A stretch of 64,000 nt of DNA from an uncultured Chloroflexia bacterium. GTDB taxonomy: Bacteria; Chloroflexota; Limnocylindria; QHBO01. The stretch spans positions 928,001 through 992,000 of the forward strand of contig CAWGTN010000002.1 of NCBI GenBank assembly GCA_963825525.1, in the 5' to 3' direction. Positions 42,312-51,011 of this stretch are shown here, piece after piece (position 1 is the first letter of the stretch; each line of letters begins with the position of its first letter). A model generated the notes under the pieces. The model saw only the letters and a list, made by a program, of their open reading frames with translations, did not search any database and was not told the origin of the DNA. A program made the translations under genes and the position numbers.

Positions 42312-43404
42312 CCGTCGCATCGCCATCCTGGGCGCTCTCGTCGGGCTCTTTGCCTCGACCTACCTCCTTGTCGATTATGTCTTCGGGTCGGGGATATGCC
42401 TCACCGGGTCGGGCTGCGATGTCGTCCGAGCCAGCTCGCTTGCGTATCCGCTCGGCATCCCGATGCCGCTGTTCGGGGTCGCGTACTTCGTGGTCGCGCT
42501 GGCCCTCGTGCTCACCGACAGGGCGGAAGTGGGCGGCCTCGCACTGCGGCCAGCCATCATCACGTGGAGCCTGATCGGCGTCGCGGTCATGGGCATCCTG
42601 ACGTTCGTCGAGCTCGTCGTTATCGGGGCAGCATGCAGCTGGTGCCTGTTGGCTGCCCTGGCCAGCGTCACCCTCGTCGTTGGTGCATTCCGTATCTGGG
42701 AGGACGGGTCCGGCTCGGACGGCGGTGCTGGCCGGTCGTCCCGTGCGCGACGCCGTCAGTCCGCCGCCGAGGCCGCCACGCGAAGTGGTACCCGCCGATT
42801 CACCGTGGCGTTGACGGCGTCGCTCGCCGCGGCGCTCGCGGTGCTCATCACGGTCCCTCTGCTGGCGGGCACAGGAGCGATCGTGGGCACCGGCATCTCG
42901 GATGCCAGCGCACCCACCCTGGGCACCGGCCGGCACGAGGTCGTGGTCTTCAGTGATTTCCAGTGCCCCGCGTGCGCCGTGGCGGCACCGCTGCTGACGC
43001 AGCTGGCGCAGGAGGAATCGATCCAGCTCGTATACCGCTACTTCCCCCTTACCGCCATCCATGCCAATGCCGCGGCCGCCGCCAGGTCGGCCGAGGCAGC
43101 CGCGGCCCAGGACCGCTTCTGGGACTTCCACGATGCGCTCTTCGACCGGCAGACAAGCTGGGCCGAGCTCAGCGCGCCGGACGCAGACGTGGCCTTCGAA
43201 CAGATCGCATCGGAGATTGGCCTTGACGTCGAACGCTGGCGGTCCGATGCGGCATCTGCCGCGGTGGCCACCGAGGTCGCCGCCGACGAGCGGGCCGCGC
43301 GCGAGATGCAGCTGGCCGGGACCCCGACGATCTTCATCGACGGAGCACGCTACGCCGGTCCCCTTGATTACCTCTCCCTGAGACAGGTCCTCGACGGCGG
43401 CTGA
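42295..43404 (+). CDS. Vitamin K epoxide reductase (VKOR)-DsbA/thioredoxin fusion
   Basis: VKOR loop Cys pair CLTGSGC and active site CSWC; DsbA-like FSDFQCPAC and cis-Pro GTP. Confidence 0.9.
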   Translation: MPALGDRRIAILGALVGLFASTYLLVDYVFGSGICLTGSGCDVVRASSLAYPLGIPMPLFGVAYFVVALALVLTDRAEVGGLALRPAIITWSLIGVAVMGILTFVELVVIGAACSWCLLAALASVTLVVGAFRIWEDGSGSDGGAGRSSRARRRQSAAEAATRSGTRRFTVALTASLAAALAVLITVPLLAGTGAIVGTGISDASAPTLGTGRHEVVVFSDFQCPACAVAAPLLTQLAQEESIQLVYRYFPLTAIHANAAAAARSAEAAAAQDRFWDFHDALFDRQTSWAELSAPDADVAFEQIASEIGLDVERWRSDAASAAVATEVAADERAAREMQLAGTPTIFIDGARYAGPLDYLSLRQVLDGG

Positions 43405-43419
43405 TCGCCGTTGCGGCCA

Positions 43420-43435
43420 GGAGCCATTCGGCTCC
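43420..43435. promoter_or_regulatory. DosR-type box upstream of the flavodoxin gene
   Basis: Perfect GGAGCC-ATTC-GGCTCC; -10-like CAGGAT at 43480, ATG at 43492. Confidence 0.7.
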
Positions 43436-43491
43436 CAAAAACAGGTCAGCTGGGAATGGTCCCAGCGCCCGCAGCCGGACAGGATGACGAT

Positions 43492-44037
43492 ATGGAACAG
43501 GCAGTCCGTCCACCGCTTTCGCAGGGATCTGGCGTTCTCGTCAGCGTGGCGTCGAAGCACGGCGCCACCCGCGAGATCGCCAATGCGATCGCCGATGAGC
43601 TGCGTCGGGCCGGCATGAACGTCAACGTCGACGAGCCCGATGCCGTCGAATCGATCGCGCCCTACGCGGCCGTCGTACTGGGCAGTGCCGTCTACGCAGG
43701 CCGTTGGCTCGCATCGGCCCGGCGTTTCGCCGATCGGCACCAGGCCGAGCTGCGACAGCGCAACGTCTGGCTCTTCTCGAGCGGCCCGGTGGGAACCCCC
43801 CTCGCACCAACGGAAGTGACGGGGGACGGCAGCCGCCTCCTTGCACGGCTCGAGGCGCGAGATCACCAGACGTTCGCGGGGCGGGTGGACGCGGTCGAGC
43901 TGAGCTGGGTCGAGCGCACCATCACGCACATGATCAGCGCGCCCGATGGTGACTTCCGCGACTGGGCGGTCATCCGTGACTGGGCAAGCGGCATCGCTCG
44001 TGAAGTGAGCAGCACCATCGAGCCGAGAGGAGCCTGA
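43492..44037 (+). CDS. Flavodoxin-domain protein (HemG-like protoporphyrinogen oxidase family)
   Basis: ASKHGATREIA, VVLGSAVYAGRW, WLFSSGP, GDFRDW. Confidence 0.88.
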   Translation: MEQAVRPPLSQGSGVLVSVASKHGATREIANAIADELRRAGMNVNVDEPDAVESIAPYAAVVLGSAVYAGRWLASARRFADRHQAELRQRNVWLFSSGPVGTPLAPTEVTGDGSRLLARLEARDHQTFAGRVDAVELSWVERTITHMISAPDGDFRDWAVIRDWASGIAREVSSTIEPRGA

Positions 44038-44039
44038 AC

Positions 44040-44258
44040 ATGTCGGGCCGACTCCATCAAGAGACCCATCGCCGAACGCGCGGTTCGAGGTCATGGATCC
44101 AATGCCGAGGCGACATCCGCGACTCGGGCAATGGGTTCGTCGACTGCCCGCTCCAGGGGACCATCAACGCAGCCGAGTGCCTCGACTGTCACTATCTCGA
44201 AACGCTTTCCGACGAGCGCAGCCGGCGGGTGAGCTGTCAGCTCCCGGACGACACCTGA
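44040..44258 (+). CDS. 72-aa Cys-rich putative metal-binding protein
   Basis: AGGAG RBS, starts 2 nt after the upstream stop; Cys at 22, 36, 47, 50 and 66 with CLDCH. Confidence 0.6.
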   Translation: MSGRLHQETHRRTRGSRSWIQCRGDIRDSGNGFVDCPLQGTINAAECLDCHYLETLSDERSRRVSCQLPDDT

Positions 44259-44301
44259 CCTTCGCCTGAGCCAGGGTGAGGAAGTCGGGCCGCGGGCTCG
44301 A

Positions 44302-45864
44302 TCATCCCTCGACGATGATCATCGCCCGCATCCACGGATGCGGGAGGCAGTAGTACTCGTACTCGCCCGGGGCGTCAAACGTGAACGAGAAGGTGTCGCC
44401 AGGGTCGAGGAAGCCGGAGTCGAACGACCCGTCGACGTCGGTCACGGTGTGGAGCATGTCGGGATCATCATTCATCCACGTTACCGTCGTCCCCACCGGG
44501 ATTCGAAGGACGTTCACGCTGTAGTCGCCCGGCGATTCGGCGTCGGCGAATTCATCCGCGGCACCATCGGGCTGGAACGTCCCGCTTCCCGGCAGGATGC
44601 TGACCGACTCAACGGCACCCGACGCGGTGCCTGATGCCGATGGCTCCGGCGAGCTGGATGCGTCGGGCGCGGGCGTACCTCCGGGCTCGGCAGCGCCGAG
44701 AGCTTCGAAGATCTCGGGGTTCGCGTCGCCCTCGATCACGATCTGGCCGATGGCGCCCTTGTCGAACGCGCGCGCCAGTGCATGGTCCACCAGGACCACG
44801 GTCTGCGGCACCTGGGCGATGAGGTCCACCACCACACCACCGCCGGCCGGGACCAGTGTGGTCTGCGACCCTCGAATCGGCGCATTCAGGAGGGCACCCT
44901 CGGGGTACACCGCATCCCAGTGCGAGCCGATCGGGTGGAAGTTTGAATCGAGGTTGAGGCCGGCGTTGACGAAGTAGATACGCATCGCCTCGCCGACCTG
45001 CATTCGCGGCGCGTTGTCGCCCGTCAGGGAGCCCACCGCCCCGTTGAAGACGACGAACTCGGGATGCTCGTCAGTGATTGCGGCCCGGTCGGTCTCGACG
45101 GTGCCAGCCTCATCGCTCGTGGTGTAGTACTCGGACTGGACCATGTAGAGCTCGTGCTCGACTTCGGGAAGTGGCTCTGCTGGATCCACCAGAATGCCGC
45201 CGTACATGCCCTGCGCGATGTGGACCGGCACGTCGCCGTAGGCGCAGTGGTACATGAAAATCCCCGGATACAGGAGCCGCGCCTCGATCGCCACCGTCTC
45301 ACCTGGTGCGACCGTCGTGTCGGCGGCTCCCCCTCCCTGCCCCGTCACGGCATGGAAGTCGACGTTGTGCGGGTGCATGTTGTTCGCCAGATTGGTGATC
45401 GTGAAGCGCAGGACATCACCGACCCGGGCCCGCACCATCGGCCCCGGCGTGCCGGTCTCGACGTCCTCACCGCCATTGATCCGATAGCCCCATGTCTCGT
45501 ACTCGACTCCGGTCGCGGGATCGATCGACTGCATCCCTTCCACGATGTCGAAGTGCACCTCCACGATGGCCTGAGAGGTCCGTCCAGACGCCGGAGGGAC
45601 GTCCGGCGCCACCGACACGTTGACCTCCGACTCCGGTGCCGGCGGCAGTTCGGCCTTCGGGGTGAGTTCGGGGATCACCGAGCCGACCAGGTCGGCACCG
45701 GGGCCGGCACTTGCTGCCGGTGACTCAGCGCCTGACGTCCCTGGTTCCCCGGCCACGGCTGGATCGCCGCCGAGGGCGATCGCGGCCAGCAGCAACGGGG
45801 TCGCAAACAGGGCCGCCCCGCCACAGAAGGCAAGGAACAGGACCAGTGGTCGGGGAAGGCTCAC
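44302..45864 (-). CDS. nirK: Copper-containing nitrite reductase with C-terminal amicyanin/plastocyanin-like cupredoxin domain
   Basis: HNVDFHA, MYHCA, HIAQGMYG, FHPIG and LVDHA (T1/T2 Cu ligands, catalytic Asp/His); extra domain HTVT...YYCLPHPWM. Confidence 0.92.
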   Translation of the reverse strand: MSLPRPLVLFLAFCGGAALFATPLLLAAIALGGDPAVAGEPGTSGAESPAASAGPGADLVGSVIPELTPKAELPPAPESEVNVSVAPDVPPASGRTSQAIVEVHFDIVEGMQSIDPATGVEYETWGYRINGGEDVETGTPGPMVRARVGDVLRFTITNLANNMHPHNVDFHAVTGQGGGAADTTVAPGETVAIEARLLYPGIFMYHCAYGDVPVHIAQGMYGGILVDPAEPLPEVEHELYMVQSEYYTTSDEAGTVETDRAAITDEHPEFVVFNGAVGSLTGDNAPRMQVGEAMRIYFVNAGLNLDSNFHPIGSHWDAVYPEGALLNAPIRGSQTTLVPAGGGVVVDLIAQVPQTVVLVDHALARAFDKGAIGQIVIEGDANPEIFEALGAAEPGGTPAPDASSSPEPSASGTASGAVESVSILPGSGTFQPDGAADEFADAESPGDYSVNVLRIPVGTTVTWMNDDPDMLHTVTDVDGSFDSGFLDPGDTFSFTFDAPGEYEYYCLPHPWMRAMIIVEG

Positions 45865-45962
45865 GTCTCGGGCACCTCTTGATTGCGTGGAGATGCGTCC
45901 GGCGCGTGTCAGCGCCGAACGTCATCTGCGAGCATCGTCCGGCGTCCAGTGTCCGGCGGACA

Positions 45963-45999
45963 GTGCCGTGCGTCCCGTGCACACCGTGCCGAACGGCAT
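45963..45999. promoter_or_regulatory. Two DosR-type boxes upstream of nirK
   Basis: GTGCC-GTGC-GTCCC (45963-45976) and GTGCC-GAAC-GGCAT (45986-45999); minus-strand -10-like GACGAT at 45934-45939. Confidence 0.65.
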
Positions 46000-46030
46000 T
46001 GGGACTGGGCGCGTTACAGAACGCGCCCAG

Positions 46031-46390
46031 TCATCGACCGATGCGCCCCAGGTGCGTGTCGCGAAAGTCGGTGGGTAGCTTGAGACCGTATCCAAGGGAT
46101 CGGTCCATCCCGACGTGGGCGATGAGGATTGCGCCGGCGAGGGCGACCGGCGCGAGCGCCACGAACCAGCCGATCGCCAGCACCACCAGCGCGGTCGCGA
46201 GATTGTGGGCGAGGTTGTAGGTCACGGCGCCCGACCGCGGTCCCCGCACGTAGCCGATCATCGAGAGGTCCGGCACCAGCAGCAAGGGGAGGAGCCACAG
46301 CGGATGACCATTCAGCTGGAGGTAGAGCAGCACGCCGGCGACGAAGAGGGCGATCGCCTCGACCCTCAGGACCACGTCCGCCGTGCGCAT
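46031..46390 (-). CDS. DUF4260 family membrane protein
   Basis: LRVEA...LLVPDLSMIGY..GP..GA..YN..H...HVGMDRSLGYGLK...F.DTHLG. Confidence 0.88.
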   Translation of the reverse strand: MRTADVVLRVEAIALFVAGVLLYLQLNGHPLWLLPLLLVPDLSMIGYVRGPRSGAVTYNLAHNLATALVVLAIGWFVALAPVALAGAILIAHVGMDRSLGYGLKLPTDFRDTHLGRIGR

Positions 46391-46397
46391 CAGCCGA

Positions 46398-46580
46398 TCA
46401 GCCTGATTCGGCGTGGCGACCGTCATCCACGTGGTCGGTGCGCTCCGGCTCACCTTGCTCGGTCGCGTGCGGATCGTCGAGTCGGCCTCGTACGTGCTCG
46501 TCGTGACGCAGACGCTGGCCCTTGTCGGGGATCCACCGTCGCTCGAGACGCGCAACGCGCCTGCGCAGCCAATTGATCAT
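46398..46580 (-). CDS. 60-aa hypothetical protein
   Basis: GGAGG RBS; MINWLRRRVARLERRWIPD...; fills the gap upstream of DUF4260. Confidence 0.5.
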   Translation of the reverse strand: MINWLRRRVARLERRWIPDKGQRLRHDEHVRGRLDDPHATEQGEPERTDHVDDGRHAESG

Positions 46581-46696
46581 CTTCCGGCCTCCGGCCTGAC
46601 GGAAATCGATGCCGGGTAGCCGGCGTATGACCTCCACAGAGTAGGGCGCTTCGGCAGGCGGCGTGGCCACTCCCGGCGTCGGCCATCAGCGCCGCC

Positions 46697-47899
46697 CTAT
46701 TCGATGAGCGTCCGGTACAGGTCCGCGGTCTGGCGCGCAATGGCATCCCAGCTGAAGTGCTCGACCGCCCGTCGACGGCCCGCACGGCCCATCACCTCCC
46801 GCGTCCCGGCATCGGCCATCAGCGCGTTGATCGCGCCGGCCAGGTTGCGCTCAAACCGATCGGGGTCCTCGGGAAGCATCGGATCGTCGATGGACAGGGG
46901 GACCGGCACCAAGAGCCCCGTCTCGCCGTCCACCACGACCTCCGGAATGCCGCCCACGGCGGACGCGACAACCGGGGTCTCGCACGCCGCCGCCTCGAGG
47001 TTGATGATGCCGAACGGCTCGTAGACCGACGGGCAGCAGAACACGGCAGCGTGGCTGTACAGCTGGCGGACGTCGGTTCGACTGACCATCTCGCCGATCC
47101 AGACCACGTTGTCGCGCTCGGCCTGCGCCGCGCGCACGCCCTCTTCCATCTCGCGGCCGATCTCCGGCGTGTCCGGCTGCCCGGCGCACAGCACGACGCC
47201 GATGCCCGGGTCGAGATGCTGGATGGCCCGAACGAGATGGACGATCCCCTTCTGCCGCGTGATGCGGCCCACGAACAGCACGTAGGGCACGGTCGGGTCG
47301 ACGCCGTGGCGCTCGAGGGCGTCCGTCGCCTCATCGGGCCGGTAGAAGTCCGGATCGATCCCGTTGTGAATCACGTGGATCCGCTCGGGCGCGATGTCGA
47401 ACAGCCGAAGGACGTCCTGTCGCGTGCCCTCGCTGACGGCGATGACCGCGTCCGCCGACTCGAGCGTCGTCCGCTCGATCCAGGAGCTCACGTCATACCC
47501 CCCGCCCAGCTGCTCCCGCTTCCAGGGTCGAAGCGGCTCGAGTGAGTGGACGGTCACGACGAGCGGGATCCCGTACGCCAGCCGCGTCAGCAGGCCGGCA
47601 AGATGGGTGTACCAGGTGTGGGCGTGGACGATGTCCGCCCCGACCGGATCGGCGACCATCGCGAGATCGCGCGACAGGGCGGACAGCATCGGCCTGAGAC
47701 GCTCGTCGGTGGTGGCCAGGTCGTGGACCGCTGGGTAGCCCTGGACGCGCCATCCGGCTTCAGCCTGGGCCTGGTCCCCGAAGGTTCGAACATCGAGCTC
47801 GATGAGCGTGCGCAGGTGTCGCGTCAGCTCGTCGACATGGACGCCCGCGCCGCCATAGATCGTCGGCGGAAACTCGTTGGTCAGGATCAGGGCGCGCAC
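46697..47899 (-). CDS. glgA: Glycogen synthase / alpha-maltose-1-phosphate synthase (GT4, actinobacterial GlgA/GlgM type)
   Basis: LTNEFPP..YGGAGVHV, HAHTWY, HSLEPLRPWKREQLGGGY, YEPFGIINLEA. Confidence 0.92.
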   Translation of the reverse strand: MRALILTNEFPPTIYGGAGVHVDELTRHLRTLIELDVRTFGDQAQAEAGWRVQGYPAVHDLATTDERLRPMLSALSRDLAMVADPVGADIVHAHTWYTHLAGLLTRLAYGIPLVVTVHSLEPLRPWKREQLGGGYDVSSWIERTTLESADAVIAVSEGTRQDVLRLFDIAPERIHVIHNGIDPDFYRPDEATDALERHGVDPTVPYVLFVGRITRQKGIVHLVRAIQHLDPGIGVVLCAGQPDTPEIGREMEEGVRAAQAERDNVVWIGEMVSRTDVRQLYSHAAVFCCPSVYEPFGIINLEAAACETPVVASAVGGIPEVVVDGETGLLVPVPLSIDDPMLPEDPDRFERNLAGAINALMADAGTREVMGRAGRRRAVEHFSWDAIARQTADLYRTLIE

Positions 47900-47908
47900 G
47901 CGCCCAGC

Positions 47909-48376
47909 CTACCCTGCCCGCTCCCGGGCGACGCCGTCGGAACGGCGGTGCGCGCGTTCCGCGGTGGCGGCCAGGAACGCGTCGATCTGGGCCAGGTCAA
48001 ACGGCTTGGCGACGACCGGCACCCACGCGCCGATCTCGGCCCGCCGAACGTGGTGTGCTGCCGTGCAGACCAGCAGCGGCAGGTCGGCCGTCCGCGGGTG
48101 GGTGCGCAGCTCGCGGACGAAGTCACCGCCGCGGCCATCCGGCAGATCATCATCCAGGATGAGCAGCGTCGGCACCGCCTGCTCAAGGGTCGACCGCAAC
48201 TGGTCCAGGCGCGAGAAGCCGTGAGCCTCCCAGCCGGCGTCGCGAGCCACCTCGCACAGCAGGTCTCGGGTGGCCGGATGATCATCCACCACGTACACGC
48301 CCGGTGCCTCTCGAACCCCGTGGCGCTGGTCGGCCTCGACGGCCGGCTGTTCGTCCCCCGGTGACATACGTTCCAT
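47909..48376 (-). CDS. Single-domain response regulator receiver
   Basis: VVDDH, LLILDDDLPDGRG, VCTA, KPFD. Confidence 0.82.
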   Translation of the reverse strand: MERMSPGDEQPAVEADQRHGVREAPGVYVVDDHPATRDLLCEVARDAGWEAHGFSRLDQLRSTLEQAVPTLLILDDDLPDGRGGDFVRELRTHPRTADLPLLVCTAAHHVRRAEIGAWVPVVAKPFDLAQIDAFLAATAERAHRRSDGVARERAG

Positions 48377-48428
48377 CCGTGCTTGCTCTACGTTCGTCGA
48401 ACAACTGCAAGGGATATGCCCAGCCCAC

Positions 48429-48456
48429 TTGCCGATATACTCCCCTCTAGTATCAT
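48429..48456 (+). promoter_or_regulatory. copA promoter with CsoR-type operator
   Basis: -35 TTGCCG (48429), -10 TATCAT (48451); palindrome ATACT-CCCCTCT-AGTAT (48437-48453). Confidence 0.65.
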
Positions 48457-48462
48457 GGACGC

Positions 48463-50742
48463 ATGACATCCGCGACTCCGACCGTTCCCGCCCCCGCGCA
48501 TTCCGAGCCCGACGAGATCAGCCTGCCGGTGGTGGGCATGACGTGCGCGAGCTGCGTCAACCGGATCGAGCGACACCTCAATCGGGCTGATGGCGTGGCC
48601 CAGGCGACGGTCAACCTGGCCACCGAGAGGGCCACGGTTCGGTTCGACCCGGCCGTGATCGATCGGTCGCGAATCGTGGCGACCATCGAGTCGGCCGGCT
48701 ACGAGGTCGGGCGCGAGGCGAGTGGCAGCGACACGAGCAGCGACGTGGCGGAAGCGGCCGATGAGGCCGAACGTGCGGGCGAGCGACGCGAGCTGCTGAC
48801 GGGTGCGGTGGTCTCGGTCTCGGTTGGGCTGGCGATGATGGCCGTCATGTTCTGGCCCGGCGGCACGCCGTGGCCGATGATCGACATCAATCGCTGGTTC
48901 CTCATCCCCGCCACGATCGTCCAGTTCGTGTACGGCAGGCGCTTCCTGGTGGCCGCACTGCGCGGGGCTCGTCATCTCGAGGCGAACATGAACACGCTGG
49001 TCGCCATGGGCACCCTGGCGGCATATGGCTACTCGGTGTTCATCACCCTGCTTCCGAACATCGTCATGGAGTCCGGGCTCGGGCATGAGACGTACTTCGA
49101 CTCGGCGGCATTGATCATCGGCCTCATCCTGTTCGGTCGCTGGCTCGAGGCCCGCGCCAAGGGCCAGGCGGCAGGTGCGGTCAAGGCGCTCCTCAAGCTG
49201 CGCCCCGACACCGCCCGCGTGCTGCGTGAGGGGGGCGAGCGCGAAGTCCCGATCGACCAGGTCGTCGTCGGTGACCTCGTCCGGGTCCGGCCCGGCGACC
49301 GAGTCCCGGTCGATGGGGTGCTGATCGACGGCGCCTCGGCGGTGGACGAGTCGATGCTCACCGGCGAATCGCTGCCCGTCGAGAAGCGCGTCGGGGACAG
49401 GGCCATCGGGGCGACGATCAACTCGAGTGGCTCCTTCGTGATGCGGGCGGAGCGCATCGGACGCGACACGACGCTGGCCCAGATCGTGACCCTCGTCGAG
49501 CGGGCTCAGGGCTCGAAGGCGCCGATCCAGCGCGTTGCCGACCGCGTGACCGGCTGGTTCGTGCCCGCGGTCATCGTCATCGCGGCGCTGACGTTCGCCG
49601 GCTGGCTGGTCATCGGCCCCGAGCCGAAGCTCACCTACGCGCTGACGAGCGCGATCGCGGTCCTCATCATCGCCTGCCCGTGCGCGATGGGCCTCGCGAC
49701 ACCGACCGCGATCATGGTCGGCACCGGCAAGGGTGCCGAGAACGGCATCCTCATCCGCGACGGTGCGGCGCTCGAGCACGCGCAGCGCATCACGACCGTG
49801 GTCCTCGACAAGACCGGCACCATCACGCGCGGCGAGCCTGCCGTAACGGTCGTCCGTCCGATCCCCGGCGTGGATGAGGATGAGCTGCTCCGCATCACCG
49901 CAACCCTCGAGCGCGGGAGCGAGCACCCCCTGGCGGAGGCGATCGTCCGTCACGCAACGGCGAGCGAGATTCCGATCGGTGAGGCGGCGGACTTCGAGTC
50001 CGTCGCCGGGCGCGGCGTGCGCGGCACGATCGACGCCCAGGCCGTGCTGGCCGGTACCCCCGCATTCCTCACCGATGCCGGCATCACGCTTCCGGACGCC
50101 GACGCCATTGACATCGGCGACGCCTCGGGCGTGTTCGTTGCGCGGGACGGCAGGTACATCGGCGCCATCGGCCTCGCCGATACGGTCAAGCCAGCATCCG
50201 CGGCGGCAATCGAACGGCTGCAGCGAGCGGGCCTGGACGTGTGGATGATCAGTGGGGACCGACGAGCGACCGCCAATGCCATCGGCGCCGAGGTCGGCAT
50301 CCCGGCCGATCGCATCCTCGCCGAGGTGATGCCGGGCGACAAGGCGGCACGCGTCGAGGAGCTGCAGCAGGCCGGGGGGGTCGTGGCCATGGTCGGCGAC
50401 GGCGTGAACGATGCGCCCGCACTGGCACAGGCCGATCTCGGAATCGCCATCGGCACCGGGGCGGATGTCGCCCTCGAGGCATCCGACATCACCCTGGTCG
50501 GCGACGACCTCGGGGGCGTGCCCACGGCGGTCCGGCTGTCGCGCGCCACCATGCGCACGATCCGCCAGAACCTCGGCTGGGCCTTCGGCTACAACATCCT
50601 TCTCATCCCGGTTGCGGCCGGCCTCCTCTTCCCGCTGGCAGGGGTCCTGCTGAATCCGGCCCTGGCGGCTGGCGCCATGGCGCTCTCGAGCGTCAGCGTG
50701 GTCACTAACTCCCTGCGACTGCGGGCCTTCCGCGCAGCCTGA
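48463..50742 (+). CDS. copA: Cu(I)-translocating P1B-type ATPase
   Basis: HMA domain [33 protein letters not shown] and MALSS motifs. Confidence 0.94.
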   Translation: MTSATPTVPAPAHSEPDEISLPVVGMTCASCVNRIERHLNRADGVAQATVNLATERATVRFDPAVIDRSRIVATIESAGYEVGREASGSDTSSDVAEAADEAERAGERRELLTGAVVSVSVGLAMMAVMFWPGGTPWPMIDINRWFLIPATIVQFVYGRRFLVAALRGARHLEANMNTLVAMGTLAAYGYSVFITLLPNIVMESGLGHETYFDSAALIIGLILFGRWLEARAKGQAAGAVKALLKLRPDTARVLREGGEREVPIDQVVVGDLVRVRPGDRVPVDGVLIDGASAVDESMLTGESLPVEKRVGDRAIGATINSSGSFVMRAERIGRDTTLAQIVTLVERAQGSKAPIQRVADRVTGWFVPAVIVIAALTFAGWLVIGPEPKLTYALTSAIAVLIIACPCAMGLATPTAIMVGTGKGAENGILIRDGAALEHAQRITTVVLDKTGTITRGEPAVTVVRPIPGVDEDELLRITATLERGSEHPLAEAIVRHATASEIPIGEAADFESVAGRGVRGTIDAQAVLAGTPAFLTDAGITLPDADAIDIGDASGVFVARDGRYIGAIGLADTVKPASAAAIERLQRAGLDVWMISGDRRATANAIGAEVGIPADRILAEVMPGDKAARVEELQQAGGVVAMVGDGVNDAPALAQADLGIAIGTGADVALEASDITLVGDDLGGVPTAVRLSRATMRTIRQNLGWAFGYNILLIPVAAGLLFPLAGVLLNPALAAGAMALSSVSVVTNSLRLRAFRAA

Positions 50743-50773
50743 ACCCCACAACCCGTCAACGGAGACGCATGCA

Positions 50774-50968
50774 ATGAACGAGCTCGAAATGGCGATGGCC
50801 AAGGACCCGGTGTGCGGCATGGATGTCAACCGCGAGATTGCGTCGGCCCAGGGCCTGACCGCTGAGCACGAGGGCGAGACGTACTACTTCTGCGGCAAGG
50901 GCTGCAAGCTCGACTTCGACGAGGGACCGGCGAAGTTCTTCGACCCGTCGTACCAACCGCACATGTAA
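50774..50968 (+). CDS. YHS domain protein
   Basis: KDPVCGMDV...YYFCGKGCKLDF. Confidence 0.9.
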   Translation: MNELEMAMAKDPVCGMDVNREIASAQGLTAEHEGETYYFCGKGCKLDFDEGPAKFFDPSYQPHM

Positions 50969-51011
50969 CCCTGGGCACGGCGAGGTCGGGGGCGTCGCGC
51001 TTGCCGGTTTC

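Noticed and set aside
44040-44258. c-type cytochrome
   Set aside because: CxxCH is present, but there is no signal peptide or obvious distal Met, and the extra Cys residues suggest another cofactor.
23473-50829. Long antisense or alternate-frame ORFs (e.g. 23473..25962 +, 31406..33268 -, 42187..44094 -, 48388..50829 -)
   Set aside because: These are shadow ORFs typical of high-GC DNA, lying opposite well-supported genes and lacking recognisable motifs.
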